Shown in pieces: positions 38,401-51,090 of a DNA stretch of 64,000 bases. Under the pieces are notes generated by a model. The model saw only the letters and a program-made list of their open reading frames with translations, was not told the DNA's origin and ran no database searches. Position numbers and translations under genes: made by a program. Origin of the DNA: Spirogloea muscicola (lineage: Eukaryota); contig WELB01000029.1 in the NCBI GenBank assembly GCA_009602725.1, positions 627,522-691,521 on the forward strand, read 5' to 3'. The first letter of the stretch is position 1; every line of letters begins with the position of its first letter.

Positions 38401-41400
38401 AAAGTGCTCCTTGCCATCTGCCGGCAGCGTCCCTTGGTGATTGCCGTACACTTCCACGCAAGCGGCAACCTGGCTGCTGCCTCCGGGTGTAAGGAACCTC
38501 GCCCTACACACGCAGTTAGGGTGAGCAGTCCTTCTTGAGATCGGCTGTAAGGGGTTTTAGGGACCAACCCACTACACAGGCAAAGCACTAGCGCATAGGT
38601 GCAGCGGAAGACAGGCCCTGTGGCGCCGCCGTCCGGCGGCGACTCCACCTCCTGGGCGCAGCAGGCCCCGGAGCAAGGTGCGGCGGTGGCTGCGGCGGCG
38701 AGCAGCGGCAAGGCTGCTCCTGGGCTTCCCCGGTTCGAACTCCCTCGAGCCTCAGCCCCCAAGGCTCTTTGTGCTTCCCCGTGCCGCCCCCCCTCCAGGG
38801 ATGTGAGCGGGTCGCCCCATGGCCTGCCAGGCGGCGGGCCAAAGATCCTCCCTTGAACGGGCGGATCCCAGCGAGGGGTATTTCTGGACGGGCGGGGCCC
38901 GCTTCTGGGCGGGCCACTTGCCCGGCAAGCTAGCCCGCCAACTGGCGGGCCAACTTGTCCCAAAAAGCCGGTCATGTAATGCCAACAGAGCCATGTGGCT
39001 TAATCAAACGGCTGGTTCATTACATACCTCCCCACTGTGGTGTTCACGTCCTCGGGAACAACGAGAAATCGGCGGACAGGTATTAAGATGCCCGACGGCT
39101 GCTGCCTCTACCAAGCCTAGGAGAATTACCACCCTTGGCCAGGTATTCCCTGAGAGCATCTGGACAATTTGCCAAATTGGCCGCAGGCTCCCACGTGTTG
39201 TGCTCAGGCCCATACCCGAGCCACTTCACCAGATACTCACGGGTCTTACGCCCTCGAGGCTTGTCCCTGTGAGACAAGATCTCTTCCACCTCGAACTCAA
39301 GGTCATCCTCGATGACTAGTGGAGGTGGGGGCGGTTGGACACGACCATCCGAAAGGAAGGCCCTCAGCTGAGACACATGGAAGACGTTATGGACCTTCCA
39401 ATGCACCGGTGTCTGTAACTCGTAGGACACCTTGCCCACAAGGCGAACTACTGCAAATGGTCCAACCCACTTGGGCAGCGACTTGCGCGTACCCACTGCC
39501 CGCAAGGATAAGTGCTTTGTGCTCAGCTGCACTTGCGCACCAACATCGAAGGACACGTCCTTCCGATGTTTGTCAGCATAAGCCTTCTAGCGACTCTGGG
39601 CAATTTCCAAGAAATGCCGAGCTCGTCTCTGAGCCTCCAAGAGGGTCCCAATAAAGGCTACAGCGGCGGGAACCCGTTCCGGGCCTCCCCACCTGAAGTG
39701 GAGCTCGGGGATGCTGACCATAGTTGAGGAAGAATGGAGTCTCCTTTGTGGACGCATGATAGGCATTGTTCACAGCATATTCAGCTGGAGCCAAATAGTC
39801 ATCCCAGTCAGTCTGGCTAGAGTTGACAAAGTGCCTCAACATGTCCTCAAGAACTCTATTCATTCGCTCAATTTGGCCATCCGTTTGTGGATGAAAGGCT
39901 GTGGACATGGACTGCTTCGTGCCAGTGAGCTTGCAGACTTCTTTCCAGAAGTGACCTGTAAAGCGAGGATCGCGGTCCGAGACCAGCCTCTCAGGTAGTC
40001 CATGTAGCTTCCACACCTTATCACAAAGATGCCAGCGAAATCCTTCGCCGATGCCCGCGTAGTAGTGGGAGCAAAATGCACCAATTAACTCAGGCGATCC
40101 ACGAAGACGACAATGGCATCATATCCGTTCCGCGTCTTAGGCAATTGTGTGATAAAATCCACACTTACACAGACCATTCCGCTCCGGAATCTGCAAGGGC
40201 TGAAGTAATCCGGCAGGCTTGCCAGAAATTGCCTTACTACGCTGGCATGTGGCACAGCTTGCCACAAAAGCGCGCAACTGGGCTGAAAAGCCCTTCCACC
40301 AAAAGAGGCGTCGCACAGCCTGTTTGGTTTTGCTCACTCCCAAATGACCACTGTAAGGCGTATCATGCAACTCCTGCATTATGTCTGTGCGGAAGGCATT
40401 GCAGTTCGGGACCATAATAGCGTCGCCTTGCCACCAGAAGCCTTTGTCATCAGTGAGGGTGTTTACGTTGGCGGCGTCAGCAAACCATGGGTCTGTGCCA
40501 TACCCTTTACGGATACGCACGTAGAGCTCAGAGAGCTCAGCCGTGGTGTGCCGAGAAGCTTGACGAGTCGGACGCAGTCCTGCAGCCCGCACTCCAGAAG
40601 CATTCAAGGAAGCCAATGCATCAGCGCCGCGAATGTTGCGACTCACAGGGTCTGCAACATTAAGACGTCCAGGGCGATAAACCCACACTGGAAATCGAAT
40701 TGTGCCATGCACTCCGCCCATCGAGCTTGACGCCTAGTCAAATGCTGCTGCGTGTGGAAATATGTAAACGGGCAATGATCCGTGACAACCGTAAATGCCA
40801 CACCTTCTAGGTAGCAACGCCAGACACGTAAGGCGTGCACCACAGCCAGCACTTCCTGCTCGCTCGTAGTGTAAGTTCGCTCTGCAGGGATCAGCAGGCG
40901 ACTCTCAAACGCTAACGGGTGACCCTCTTGCAAGAGCACGGCACCAATGCCGGTCAAAGAGGCATCGCAGACGAGTTCATATGGCACGCCTTCACGAGGA
41001 AGGCCAGCACAGGCGGAGATGTCAAAGCCTGCTGTATTCCCTCAAATGCCCTCTGGCATTCGGACGACCAATCCCAAGGTACGTCCTTACGAGTCAGCTT
41101 CGTAAGAGGAAGTGCCAAGTTCCCATAGCCTTGTGGGAAATTTCGGAAATGATTTGCGAATCCAAAAAGGAGCGCAATTGAGGCACAGTTTGTGGCACAG
41201 GCCAATCCCGTACGACCGCAAGTCTTCTTGGGGTCGACACGTATGCCGTCTTTGCCCACGACATGCCCGAGGTATGTCAGCTCTGACTGGTCAAATGCGC
41301 ACTTGGACCGCTTGGCATACAATTGATTTTTACGCAGCAACTGCAGCACTTGGCGCAGGTGCTTCACGTGATCCTCAGGCGTTTTGCCGAACACCAGTAT

Positions 41401-41845
41401 GTCATCCAAGTAAACCAGCACAAAATGGTAGAGCAGGGGGCCAAAGACCCTCGACATCACCGCCTGGAACGTAGCCGGTGCATTGGTCAAACCAAAGCTC
41501 AGCACCTTGAACTGAAAATGTCAAAGCGGCATACGAAACGCCGATTTCGGAACATCCGCAGGCGTGATTCGAATCTGATGATACCCACTTGCCAGGTCCA
41601 GGGAGCTGAACACCGTAGCCCCTGCAAGCCAATCGAACAGGTCATCTGTCCGAGCAATGGGTATCGGTTCTTGACAGTAAGCTTATTCAAAGCCCGATAA
41701 TCAATGCACATCCGTAGAGTGCCATCCTTCTTTTTGACAAAGAGGATGGGTGCTCCGTATGGCGACTAAGATGGCTCAATGTAGCCCTTCGCCAGCAGGT
41801 CCTCGACCTGGGATTGTATTTCTCGAAATTCGAGAGGGCTCAGCC

Positions 41846-42647
41846 TGTGATGGCCCTGAGCCTTAACAGCACAGTCGGGGGTCGGTACTTCCTTTTAGGT
41901 TTCGGTCGCTGGGGTTTAGAGACAAACCGCCAGCACAGTGAAAGCACCACGTGTGATACGCAGCGGAAGTCTCGCCCTGAGGCGCTGCCGACAGGCAGCG
42001 GCTCACCTCTCAGGTACGGGCCAGCGACTGTCCCCAAAGGAGCAGTCAGAGTCTTACTCACAGAGAGCCGTCGAAGGTCCGCGACAACGGGATGCGGCGA
42101 CGGGCTGCAGCAGCCGGCAGCAGCAGGGCTGCGTCGGCGGGCTGCGGCAGCAGGCGGCAGCAGGGCTGCGCCTCTCTCTCGCGGGCTTCACTGAGGTTGA
42201 CCGGACTGTCTCTGGGTCGGCTCTCAGCCCTGCTTGTAGTGCTTCATGTGCCATCCTCCCCAGGGGTCTCTGGGAAACGTCTCAGGGCCCACCTTCGGGA
42301 AGGTGGGCCCGACAAGCGGCGCCGGCTTGCGGCGTCGCCAGTGAGTCACGGGTGTGGCGCGGCGTCACAGGCGCGGCGTCACGGGCGCGGCGTCACGTGT
42401 CCAATACACGTCATTGCGGGCACGACGACAGAATCAGGAATATGCCGAGAAGCTCCGCTCTGGAAGACCAGGATTCGCCGCCTCGGCTGGAGGCGGCGCG
42501 GCTGCACGTCACATCGTCAGCAGGCGCGTCACACCGCGCGACACCTCGCACGGCGCTCTCGCGCTGTCGCACGCGTCAGTCGCGAGCGCGTCAGTGGTTA
42601 GCGCTTAACTCGAATGTAAGCGTCCCCGTAACGGCGGGGACGTTACA
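41846..42647 (-). mobile_element. Solo LTR of family B inserted in pol
   Basis: TGTGA...TTACA termini. Perfect TSD CAGCC (41841-41845 / 42648-42652). Removing it restores RPMYRLSPLE. Confidence 0.93.
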
Positions 42648-44629
42648 CAGCCGGTACATGGGACGGGTTGGAAAGGCGGGTTGGCGCCTGGCTCCAATGG
42701 AATCGTATGAGCCACACCTCGGTGAGGAGGTAGACTGTCCGGAAGAGAGTCGGGGAACACATCGGCAAATTCTTCCAGCAGCTTATCAAGAACCCCGCCA
42801 TGTGAATCCGCAGCATTCACACACAAGTCAGGCTTAGACTCGTCTTTTAACGCCACCATCACAAGAAATGCCATCTGGACAGTGTTCTTGTGAATCAATC
42901 GCTTCATCTGCATGGCGGACAGCAGAATGGAAGCCCCTGCCGCCAGCGGCGGTGCACAGGGAAGCTGCTTGCAAAGGACAAAGCGCCGTGCGCCACGTTG
43001 TACCGTGCAAGTATGGCGTTCAAAATCAAGGCATGCTGATGTGGCGCAAAGCCAGTCATCTCCCAATATCACATCAAAGGCGACAGTCAACGCAATGGCA
43101 TAACAAGGCACCTCGGCTTTGTATTGCTGGATGCAAATGGGAACCTTGCACAGGCCCAACACATCGGTTGGGTGGCCGTCGGCCAATGTCACTCTAGGCA
43201 GGCCATCTGCTTGCAAATGCAAGCCAGTGGAGCACACCAAATTCCTTTTGACAAAGGACACTGAGGCCCCTGAGTCTATGAGGATCCTAGCTGGTGCCGC
43301 AACAACCAGCCCCTCGAAAAGCATAGTTTGTCCCCCATGGACACTGCCAAGGAATGGGGTGCGAGCGACATATACCCTGACCGCTGTTGGGTAAGGCCTA
43401 AGCCGAGTGGCATCAACACTACGCCTAAGGAGCCTGTGTCCCGCCTCTTGCGAGCACAACAGCGACATCCCCGGCGGAGCTTGATCAATCACGCCGCGTT
43501 TTTGTGGCACAATGAAGAACAGCGTTTCTTTAGGCCGACGGCACTCAGGCCAGCTCAGGTAGACATCTGCAGCCTCTTACAAGTCATTGTGGGCAACCCA
43601 CACAAATAGAGGCCCTCCGCCCTTCAGACCTTGCAATAAAGCAGAAATGGAGCGCACAACCGGTATGTTGGTTGACGGGCCAGCAATGCCAGCAAGATCA
43701 AACAGCTCAAGTGCGTCTGGCTGAATAAGATGGCTCGCAGAGGCAAGGGTCAAGCACTCACGCATGCCCCTGGAATTGCCCTGGTCCCGGCCCATAGGAC
43801 GTGGCCGTGAGAACGAGGGACCTGCCGCTGGGCAGTCCCTGAGCAGATGGCTCTTGGCACCGCACTTGAAGCAGCCAGCGCCTTCCACCCGCGGCTTGGG
43901 GAAGTCGCCTTGAGGTCGAGCGGTCAAGCCGTGCCTTGGGTCGAATTGCTTCTTGCCTCGCTCTGCATCAAAGCCGCCTGCCTCCAGCAGGGGACGCTTG
44001 CTCGGACCGGCAATGTCCGGCGTGCTAAGCACCTTGCGGGCGTGCTCCACCATCTTGGTGAAGTCCGTGACAGGTTGCGCCGTTGCGGAATCCACCGCGA
44101 GACCCAATTGCGGAAGCGAGTAGGCAGTCCAGCCTTGAATCGCTGGCACTGGTCAATTGGCTTCATGGGCTCGCTGCGTAGCTTGGACAGCAGCAGACGG
44201 AATCGCCGCACGTAGGGCTCAAAGCCCGCGCTTCCCTCGCCCCTTATGCGGAGAGCATCCAGCTCATCGCGGGCGCGCAGCTCTGCGTGTGGGTCACCAT
44301 ACGCTGACTTAAGCGAGCTGCAGAAGAAGTCCCAGCCACCGTACTCCTCGGGCGTAGAGCCCTTCTTCAAAGTGTTCCACCACTCCCGGGGCTCCCCTGA
44401 GAGGTAGGTGGCAGCGAGGCGCACGCGTGCCCCCGCGTCCGTGTTGGAGCACACGAACCATTCGTCCATTTCATCGAGCCATGGCTGCAACCCTCCCCGA
44501 TCATCGTGACTGGGGAACTGTCTGGGTGCATGGGCCCTGGCAAGTCCATGCTCAAGGTTGCGATACCATGCTGGCCGAAGGACACTGAGTGATCAATTCA
44601 GGCTCCGACAGTCAGCAAATCACACACTC

Positions 44630-45178
44630 TGTAAGGAACCTCGCCCTAGACACGCAATTAGGGTGAGCAGTCCTTCTTGAGTTCGGCTGTAGGGGATTTA
44701 GGGACCAACCCACTACACAGGCAAAGCACTAGCGCATAGGAGCAGCGGAAGACAGGCCCCGTGGCGCCGCCGTCCGGCAGCGACTCCACCTCCTGGGCGC
44801 AGGCCGGCGCAGCAGGCCCCGCAGCAAGGTGCGGCGGCGGCTGCGGCGGCGAGCGGCGGCAAGGCTGCTCCTGGGCTTCACCGGCTCGAACTCTCCCCGA
44901 ACCTCAGCCCCCAAGGCTCTTCGTGCTTCCCCGTGCCACCCTTCCTCCAGGAGTGTGAGCGGGTCGCCCCAAGGCCTGCCCTTGCGGGCGGGCCCAAGGT
45001 CCCCCCTTGGCAGGGTGGAACCTGGCGAGGGATATTTCTCGACGGGCGGGGCCCGCCTCTGGGCGGGCCACTTGCCCGGCAAGCCAGCCCGCCACCTGGC
45101 GGGCCCACTTGTCCCAAATAGCCGGTCATGTACTGCCAACAGAGCCATGTGGCTTAACCAAACGGATGCTTCATTACA
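44630..45178 (-). mobile_element. Solo LTR of family A inserted in the leader of an A-family element
   Basis: TGTAAGG...TTACA. Perfect TSD CACTC. The empty-site version of the leader is seen at ~48276-48300. Confidence 0.93.
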
Positions 45179-46969
45179 CACTCCATACTGCAATACATGA
45201 CATCGCAAGACTGGTGCACCAGCGAGCGAGCAAGCAAGGCAACGCGCAACTCCACACCTCAATCAGCAGGCAGGCAGACAGCCGCAGATATGACCAGGAC
45301 CGATGCACACGGTCACTGCTGGCCACACGACTGACCTTACCACATAAAGGCTGCAGGCTCAAGCCACACCTCAAAAGAAGCGAGCGCAGCAAGTGGTCCT
45401 CAAGGATCAGTCGGTCAATCTGGCGTTGGTCGTTGCTGGCTCACTGCGCAAAGATGGCTCCGCACCCGGCGCTTCCGCTGAGCCGCCTCACGGACCAACG
45501 TCTGGCAAGCACTTTATCTTTGACATAAAAAAGTCAGGCTAGCACATCACGGTGATCCTTGCATCATCAGCGGCGAGCACAATAAGTCACAGGCGCGACG
45601 GATGCAAGACCGCCTCTGATACCAAACGTAAGGAACCTCGCCCTACACACGCAGTTAGGGTGAGCAGTCCTTCTTGAGTTCGGCTGTAGGGGGTTTAGGG
45701 ACCAACCCACTACACAGGCAAAGCACTAGCGCATAGGCGCAGCGGAAGACAGGTCCCGTGGCGCCGCCGTCCGGCGGCGACTCCACCTCCTGGGCGCAGG
45801 CCGGCGCAGCAGGCCCCGCAGCAAGGTGCGGCGGCGGCTGCGGCAGCGAGCAGCGGCAAGGCTGCTCCTGGGCTTCACCGGTTCGAACCCCTTCGAGCCT
45901 TCCCCCCTCCAGGGGTGTGAGCGGGTCGCCCCAAGGCCTGCCCTTGCGGCGGGCCCAAGGGCCCCCCCTTGGCAGGGTGGAACCTGGCGAGGGTTAGTCC
46001 AGGGCGGGCGGGAGTTGCCCGCACCTGGGCAGGCCCACTTGTCCATCAAGCGGCTAGCGGTCATATAACGCTAACAGCACCGTGTGGCATAACCAAACGG
46101 CTGGATCGTTACATACCTCCCCACTCTGGTGTTCACGTCCTCGGGAACAACGAGAGAACAGCCGACACGTTTTACGCCCGACGGCTGCGGCCTCGACCAA
46201 GCCTAGGGATTTACCACCCTTGGCCAAGTGTTCCAAAAGAGCAGGCGGACAATGTGCCAGATTGGCCGCAGGCTCCACGTGATGTGCTCGGGCCCATACC
46301 CGAGCCACTTCACCAGACTCGTGGGTCTTGGATGAGGTGGTTCTTACGCCGCAGCGAAAGCAATAACTCCCCTCCATAGCTGGCTTCTCCAAGCCTCTCA
46401 TGGGACGGATGTTCAGCCACTCGGGCCGAAACCCCTCCGGTCCCCTCTCTGCGTCAGCAGATACTCCCGCCTCAAGCTGGTAGCGCTTGCCCAATACACT
46501 TGGATAAGTGTTCAGCACCTTCCTGGCGTGCTCCACCAGCTGGGGCAAGTTGGCAAGGGCTGTGAAGTCGCGGGCTCCACCGCCCCCTTCCGCATCGGCT
46601 CGGATAGCCCAGCCTCAAATCGCTGGCACTGATTGACAGCCTTCATAGGCTCGTTGCGCAGCGTAGAGACCAGCAGCCTCAATTGCCGAACTTGGTCCGA
46701 AAAGTCTTTGCACATACGAATAGCATCAGCTCATTACGAGCCTTCAGCTCCCCGTGAATCTCACCACACACCTTGGTGAGCGAGCTTGAGAAGCACTTCC
46801 AGGTGTTGCACACCTCTGGCATGGAAGTCTTCTTCGTGGTCCCACCACAAGGATCTCCCTCGAGATAAGTGGGCAGCGAGCGGCAGTCTTGCCGTCGCAT
46901 CCGTGTAGCGCAACACGAACCACTCTATGATCTCGCTGAGCCAGGCCTGGAGGCCACCCCGGTCATCCT

Positions 46970-47780
46970 GACCAGAGTATTGCCGAGGTTAGTGGGCCTT
47001 CGCAAGTCCATGCGCAGGGTTGCCACGCTTCTGACATATCAGAAGCACCTCAGCATCGACCCCTTGCAATTGCCTCCCCGCCAGCAGCGTGCCGGCCGGG
47101 CAAGCAATGCACTTCCCCACACAGCGCCCCCCATAGGGCGTGGGAAGTCGGATCCAACACAGCCTTGGCTGTCTCCAGGTGCTCCGTGAGAAATGCAACT
47201 CATTGCATCTCCTCCCACTCTGGTCAGATTGACCGGAGTATGGCCGCCATTGGGCGGCCCTGGCAAGTCCATGCGCAGGATTACCCAACTGGCTTTGGCG
47301 CATCAAATGCACCTCAGCCCCCTTGCAAACGCCTCTCGCCGGCACGAAGCCGGCCCAGCAAGGATTGCACCTCCACACACAACGCCCCCAGTAGGGCGTG
47401 GGAGGACGGGTCCAGCACAGCAGCTGCCTCCAAGGAGTGTTGCCGAGATCATGGCCCCTCGCGAGTCCATGTGACGGGTTGCCACTGCTCTGGCGCATCA
47501 AAGCGATTTATCCAGCACAGCAGCTGCCTCCAAGGAGTGTTGCCGAGATTAGTGGGCCCTCGCAAGTCCATGTGACGGGTTGCCACTGCTCTGGCAGCTG
47601 CCTCCAAGGAGCGTTGCCGAGATCAGTGGGCCGTCGCAAGTCCATGCGACGGGTTGCCACTGCTCTGGCGCATCAAATCAACCAATCCAACACAGCAGCT
47701 GCCTCCAAGGATTGTTGCCGAGATTAGTGGGCCCTCGCAAGTCCATGCGACGAGTTGCCACTGCTCTTGCGTACCAGATG
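46970..47780. repeat. Imperfect tandem expansion of a gag segment (about 6 copies of the ...gcaagtccatg..ggttgccac core)
   Basis: Recurrent cagctgcctccaaggagtgttgccgagat..tgggccctcgcaagtccatg unit with ~75-100 bp spacing at 47420-47770, plus more diverged copies at ~46975 and ~47250. Confidence 0.85.
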
Positions 47781-47986
47781 CAACGAGGCATCCACCTCTT
47801 GCATGTGCCGCTCTTCGGCGCACTGCCGGACGAGGACGGCGCGCTGCTCCGCACAGATCCTCGCAAGAAGCCGGTGTTGAGCTGGGTCCGTCGTAGACTG
47901 GGCTGCTGCCAGATCCCGAGTGAGGAGTGCAACGCTTTGCAAGTCCCCAGCCGACAAGCCCTCCTGGCCTCCGGCTCCCGGCTCGA

Positions 47987-48110
47987 CGTGCCCCTCTTGG
48001 GCGTGCCCCGCTTGGGCGTGCCCCTCGTGGGCGTGCCCCTCGCGGGCGAGCCCCGCTTAGGCGTGCTCCTCGTGAGCGTGCCCCTCGTGGGCGTGCCCCT
48101 CTTGGGCGTG
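47987..48110. repeat. 15-bp minisatellite (about 8 units) in the gag N-terminus
   Basis: gcgtgcccctc(g/t)tgg units. They read EGHA(H/Q) in the frame of the gag ATG at 48224. Confidence 0.85.
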
Positions 48111-48727
48111 CTCCGCAGCAGCCACTGCCGCAGCAGCTGGCCCTGCAGCAGCCGCTGCCTCAGCAGCCGACCGCTCTGCCTCCCGAGGAGGGCTCGACCG
48201 CGCACTGGAGGTGTGCTACACCATGCTGGCTGAAGGACACTGAGTGATCATTTCAGGCTCCGACAGTCAGCAATTCACACACTCCATACTGCAATACAGG
48301 ACATCGCAAGACCGGTGCACCAGCGAGCGAGCAAGCAAGGCAACGCGCAACTCCACACCTCAATCAGCAGGCAGGCAGACAGCCGCAGATATGACCAGGA
48401 CCGATGCACACGGTCACTGCTGGCCACACGACTGACCTTACCACACAAAGGCTGCGGGCTCAAGCCACACCTCAAAAGAAGCGAATGCAGCAAGTGGTCC
48501 TCAAGGATCAGTCGGTCAATCTGGCGTTGGTCGTTGCTGGCTCACTGCGCGAAGATGGCTCCGCACCCGGCGCTTCCGCTGAGCCGCCTCACGGACCAAC
48601 GTCTGGCAAGCACTTTATCTTTGACAGAAAGAAGTCAGGCCGGCACATCAGGGTGATCCTTGCATCATCGGCGGCGAGCACAATAAGTCACAAGCGCGAT
48701 GGATGCAAGGCCGCCTCTGATACCAAA

Positions 48728-49909
48728 CGTGACGGCCCTGACCCTTAACAGCACAGTCGGGGGTCAGTACGTCCTTTTTGGTTTCGGTCGCTGGGGTGTA
48801 GAGACCAACCCCCAGCACAGTGAAAGCACCACGTGTGATACGCAGCGGAAGTCTCGCCCTGAGGCGCTGCCGACAGGCAGCGAATCACCTCTCAGGTACG
48901 GGCCAGCGACTGTCCCCAAGGGAGCAGCCACAGTCTTACTCACAGAGAGCCGTCGAAGGTCTGCGACGACGGGATGCGGTGACGGGCTGCAGCAGCAGGC
49001 AGCAGCAGAGCTGCGTCGGCGGGCTGCGGCAGCAGGCGGCAGCAGGGCTGCGCCTCTCTCTCGCGGGCTTCACTGAGGTTGACCGAATTCCCTCTGAGTC
49101 CGCTCTCAGCCCTACTTATAGTGCTTCATGTGCCACCCTCTCCAGGGGTCTCTGGGAGGTTCGTCTCAGGGCCCACCTCCGGGAAGGCGGGCCCGACAAG
49201 GGGAATCTAGTGCGAGGGCAGACCGCGCGGCTCCCTTCTGGAGGCGGCGGCCGTCCTGCGGCGCCGCCTCGCGGCGGCGTCTTGCGGCGCCGGCTTGCGG
49301 AGCCGCCAGTGAGTCACGGGTGTCGCGCGGCGTCACAGGCGCGCGACACGTGTCCCATACACGTCATTGCGGGCACGACGGCAGAATCAGGCATATGCCG
49401 AGACGCTTCGCTCTGGAAGACCAGGTTCGCCGCCTCGGCTGGAGGCGGCGCGCCTGCACGTCACATCGTCAGCAGGCGCGTCACACCGCGCGACACCTCG
49501 CGCGACGCTTAACTCGAAGTCAAGCGTCCCATAACGTCGGGGACGTTACATTCCTCCCCACTTAAATGTTCACGTCCTCGGGAACAAGGAGAGGGGGGGC
49601 CACGAACTCGAAGAGGTTAAGTTCGACGAGGGCGTGGAGTACGACGACGCAAAGGGGATGGCCCTTTTGCAAGATACTTACGGAGAACGGCGCGACAATG
49701 GGCAAGATTGGCCGCCGGTTCCCAGGTATTGTGCTCAGGTCCATAACCTAGCCACTTGACAAGGTACTCTCGGAACTTACGTCGCCCACGGAGTTTGTCG
49801 CGGTGAGACAAGATCTCTTCCACCTGAAACTCTTCCTCGTTCGAAACGACGAGGGGAGGTGGGACGCTTAACTCGAAGTTAAGCGTCTCGTAAAGGCGGG
49901 GACGTGACA
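48728..49909 (-). mobile_element. Internally deleted B-family element (3' LTR 48728-49550, PPT, chromodomain, ~45-bp tip of the 5' LTR)
   Basis: CCAAA is duplicated at 48723-48727 and 49910-49914. EEFQVEEILSHR..EYLVKWLGYGPEHNTWEP. The LTR tip gacgcttaactcgaag...gggacgtgaca is repeated. Confidence 0.85.
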
Positions 49910-50399
49910 CCAAACGTAAGGATCGTCGCCCTACACACGCAGTTAGGGTGAGAAGTCCTTCTTAAGTTCGGCTGTAGGAGGTTTAGGGACCAACCCACTA
50001 CACAGGCAAAGCACTAGCGCATAGGCGCAGCGGAAGACAGGCCCCGTGGCGCCGCCGTTCGGCGGCGACTCCACCTCCTGGGCGCAGGCCGGCGCAGCAG
50101 GCCCCGCAGCAAGGTGCGGCGGCGGCTGCGGCGGCGAGCAGCGGCAAGGCTGCTCCTGGGCTTCACCGGTACGAACCCCTTCGAGCCTCCCCCCCTCCAG
50201 GGGTGAGCGGGTCGCCCCAATGCCTGACCTTGCGGCGGGCCCAAGGTCCCCCCTTGGCAGGGTGGAACCTGGCGAGGTTTAGTCCGGGACGGGCGGGAGT
50301 TGCCCGCACCTGGGCGGGCCACTTGTGCATCAAGCGGCTAGCGGTCATGTAACGCTAACAGCACCGTGTGGTATAATCAAACGGCTGGATCGTTACACG

Positions 50400-51090
50400 G
50401 CCCCAGTCGTTGGCGTGTGCGACACGTGGGCGACGCGCGACGGTCACGCGCGGCGCGTTGCGGCTCGCCCTAGCTGCCGCCGCATGGCCACTGCACCGCC
50501 GGAGCTGCCGCCGCATGGCCGCGCCGCCGCCGGAGCNTGTGACGCGCCTGGCGGCGCCGCGCCGCGCAGGGCGGCACCACGCCGCGCATGGCGGCGCCGC
50601 CGCCCTCACAGTCGTGTCCCCCTTGTCGGGCCCGCCTTCTCGAAGGTGGGCCTTGAGGCGATTCTCTCAGAGACCCCTGGGGAGGGTGGCACATGAAGCA
50701 CTATAAGTAGGGCTGAGACCAGCCTCAGGGTACCTGGTCCAAGTCAGCGAAGCCCACGTGTGAGAGGCGCGCACTCCTGCTGCCGCCTGCTGCCGCAGCT
50801 CGTCCACGTAGGCCTGCTGCTGCCTGCTGCTGCAGCCCGACGCCGCAACCCGTCCCTGCGGATCTTCATCGGCTCTCCTGAACGTAGATCGTGGCTGCTA
50901 CTTTGGGGACAGTTGCTGGCCCGTACCGAGAGGTGAGCTGCCACCTGTCGGCGGCGCCTCGGGGCAAGGTTTTTCGCTGCGCGTGAATGTGGTGCTTTTC
51001 TGTGCTGGGGTTTCGTCTCAAACCCCAGCGACCGAACACAATGAGGACGTTCTGACCCCTGACTGTCTGTATGCGGATCAGAACGTTTCA
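50400..51090 (+). mobile_element. Partial B-related LTR
   Basis: Shares ccccttgtcgggcccgccttc, gggtggcacatgaagcac and ggcccgtacc..gagaggtgag with the LTR-B copies. Ends gaacgtttca. Confidence 0.7.

Larger units (their letters stand above)
38488..46113 (-). mobile_element. Degenerate full-length chromovirus (Ty3/gypsy), LTR family A: gag-CCHC, PR, RT, RNase H, integrase, chromodomain
   Basis: 3' LTR 38488-39024 with PPT (tacctcccca on +). Chromodomain EFEVEEILSHR..EYLVKWLGYGPEHNTWEP; integrase SDRDPRFT, STAFHPQTDGQ.ER; RNase [28 protein letters not shown]; protease LIDSGAS; zinc knuckle CFKCGAKSHLLRDC. PBS revcomp at 45614-45624, then LTR 45627-46113. Many frameshifts. Confidence 0.93.
45627..50397 (-). 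mobile_element. Second A-family element in tandem (shares LTR 45627-46113); pol deleted, gag-only
   Basis: PPT at 46114. A chromodomain stub (~46140-46320) abuts the zinc-knuckle/gag remnant. The leader 48225-48725 is near-identical to 44570-45625 minus the solo LTR. PBS 48715-48725; 5' LTR 49915-50397 of the same subfamily. Confidence 0.85.

Noticed and set aside
47678..48205. Histone/protamine-like ORF with RGTPK repeats
   Set aside because: It is an alternative frame of the 15-bp minisatellite. The gag ATG frame reads EGHAH.
48225..49550. A-family internal region with a B-family 5' LTR (completed LTR swap)
   Set aside because: The CCAAA duplication and the matching LTR-A at 49915-50397 show a nested insertion instead.
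38483..50402. TSD for the whole tandem A element
   Set aside because: The flanks CCGGG and CGGCC do not match.
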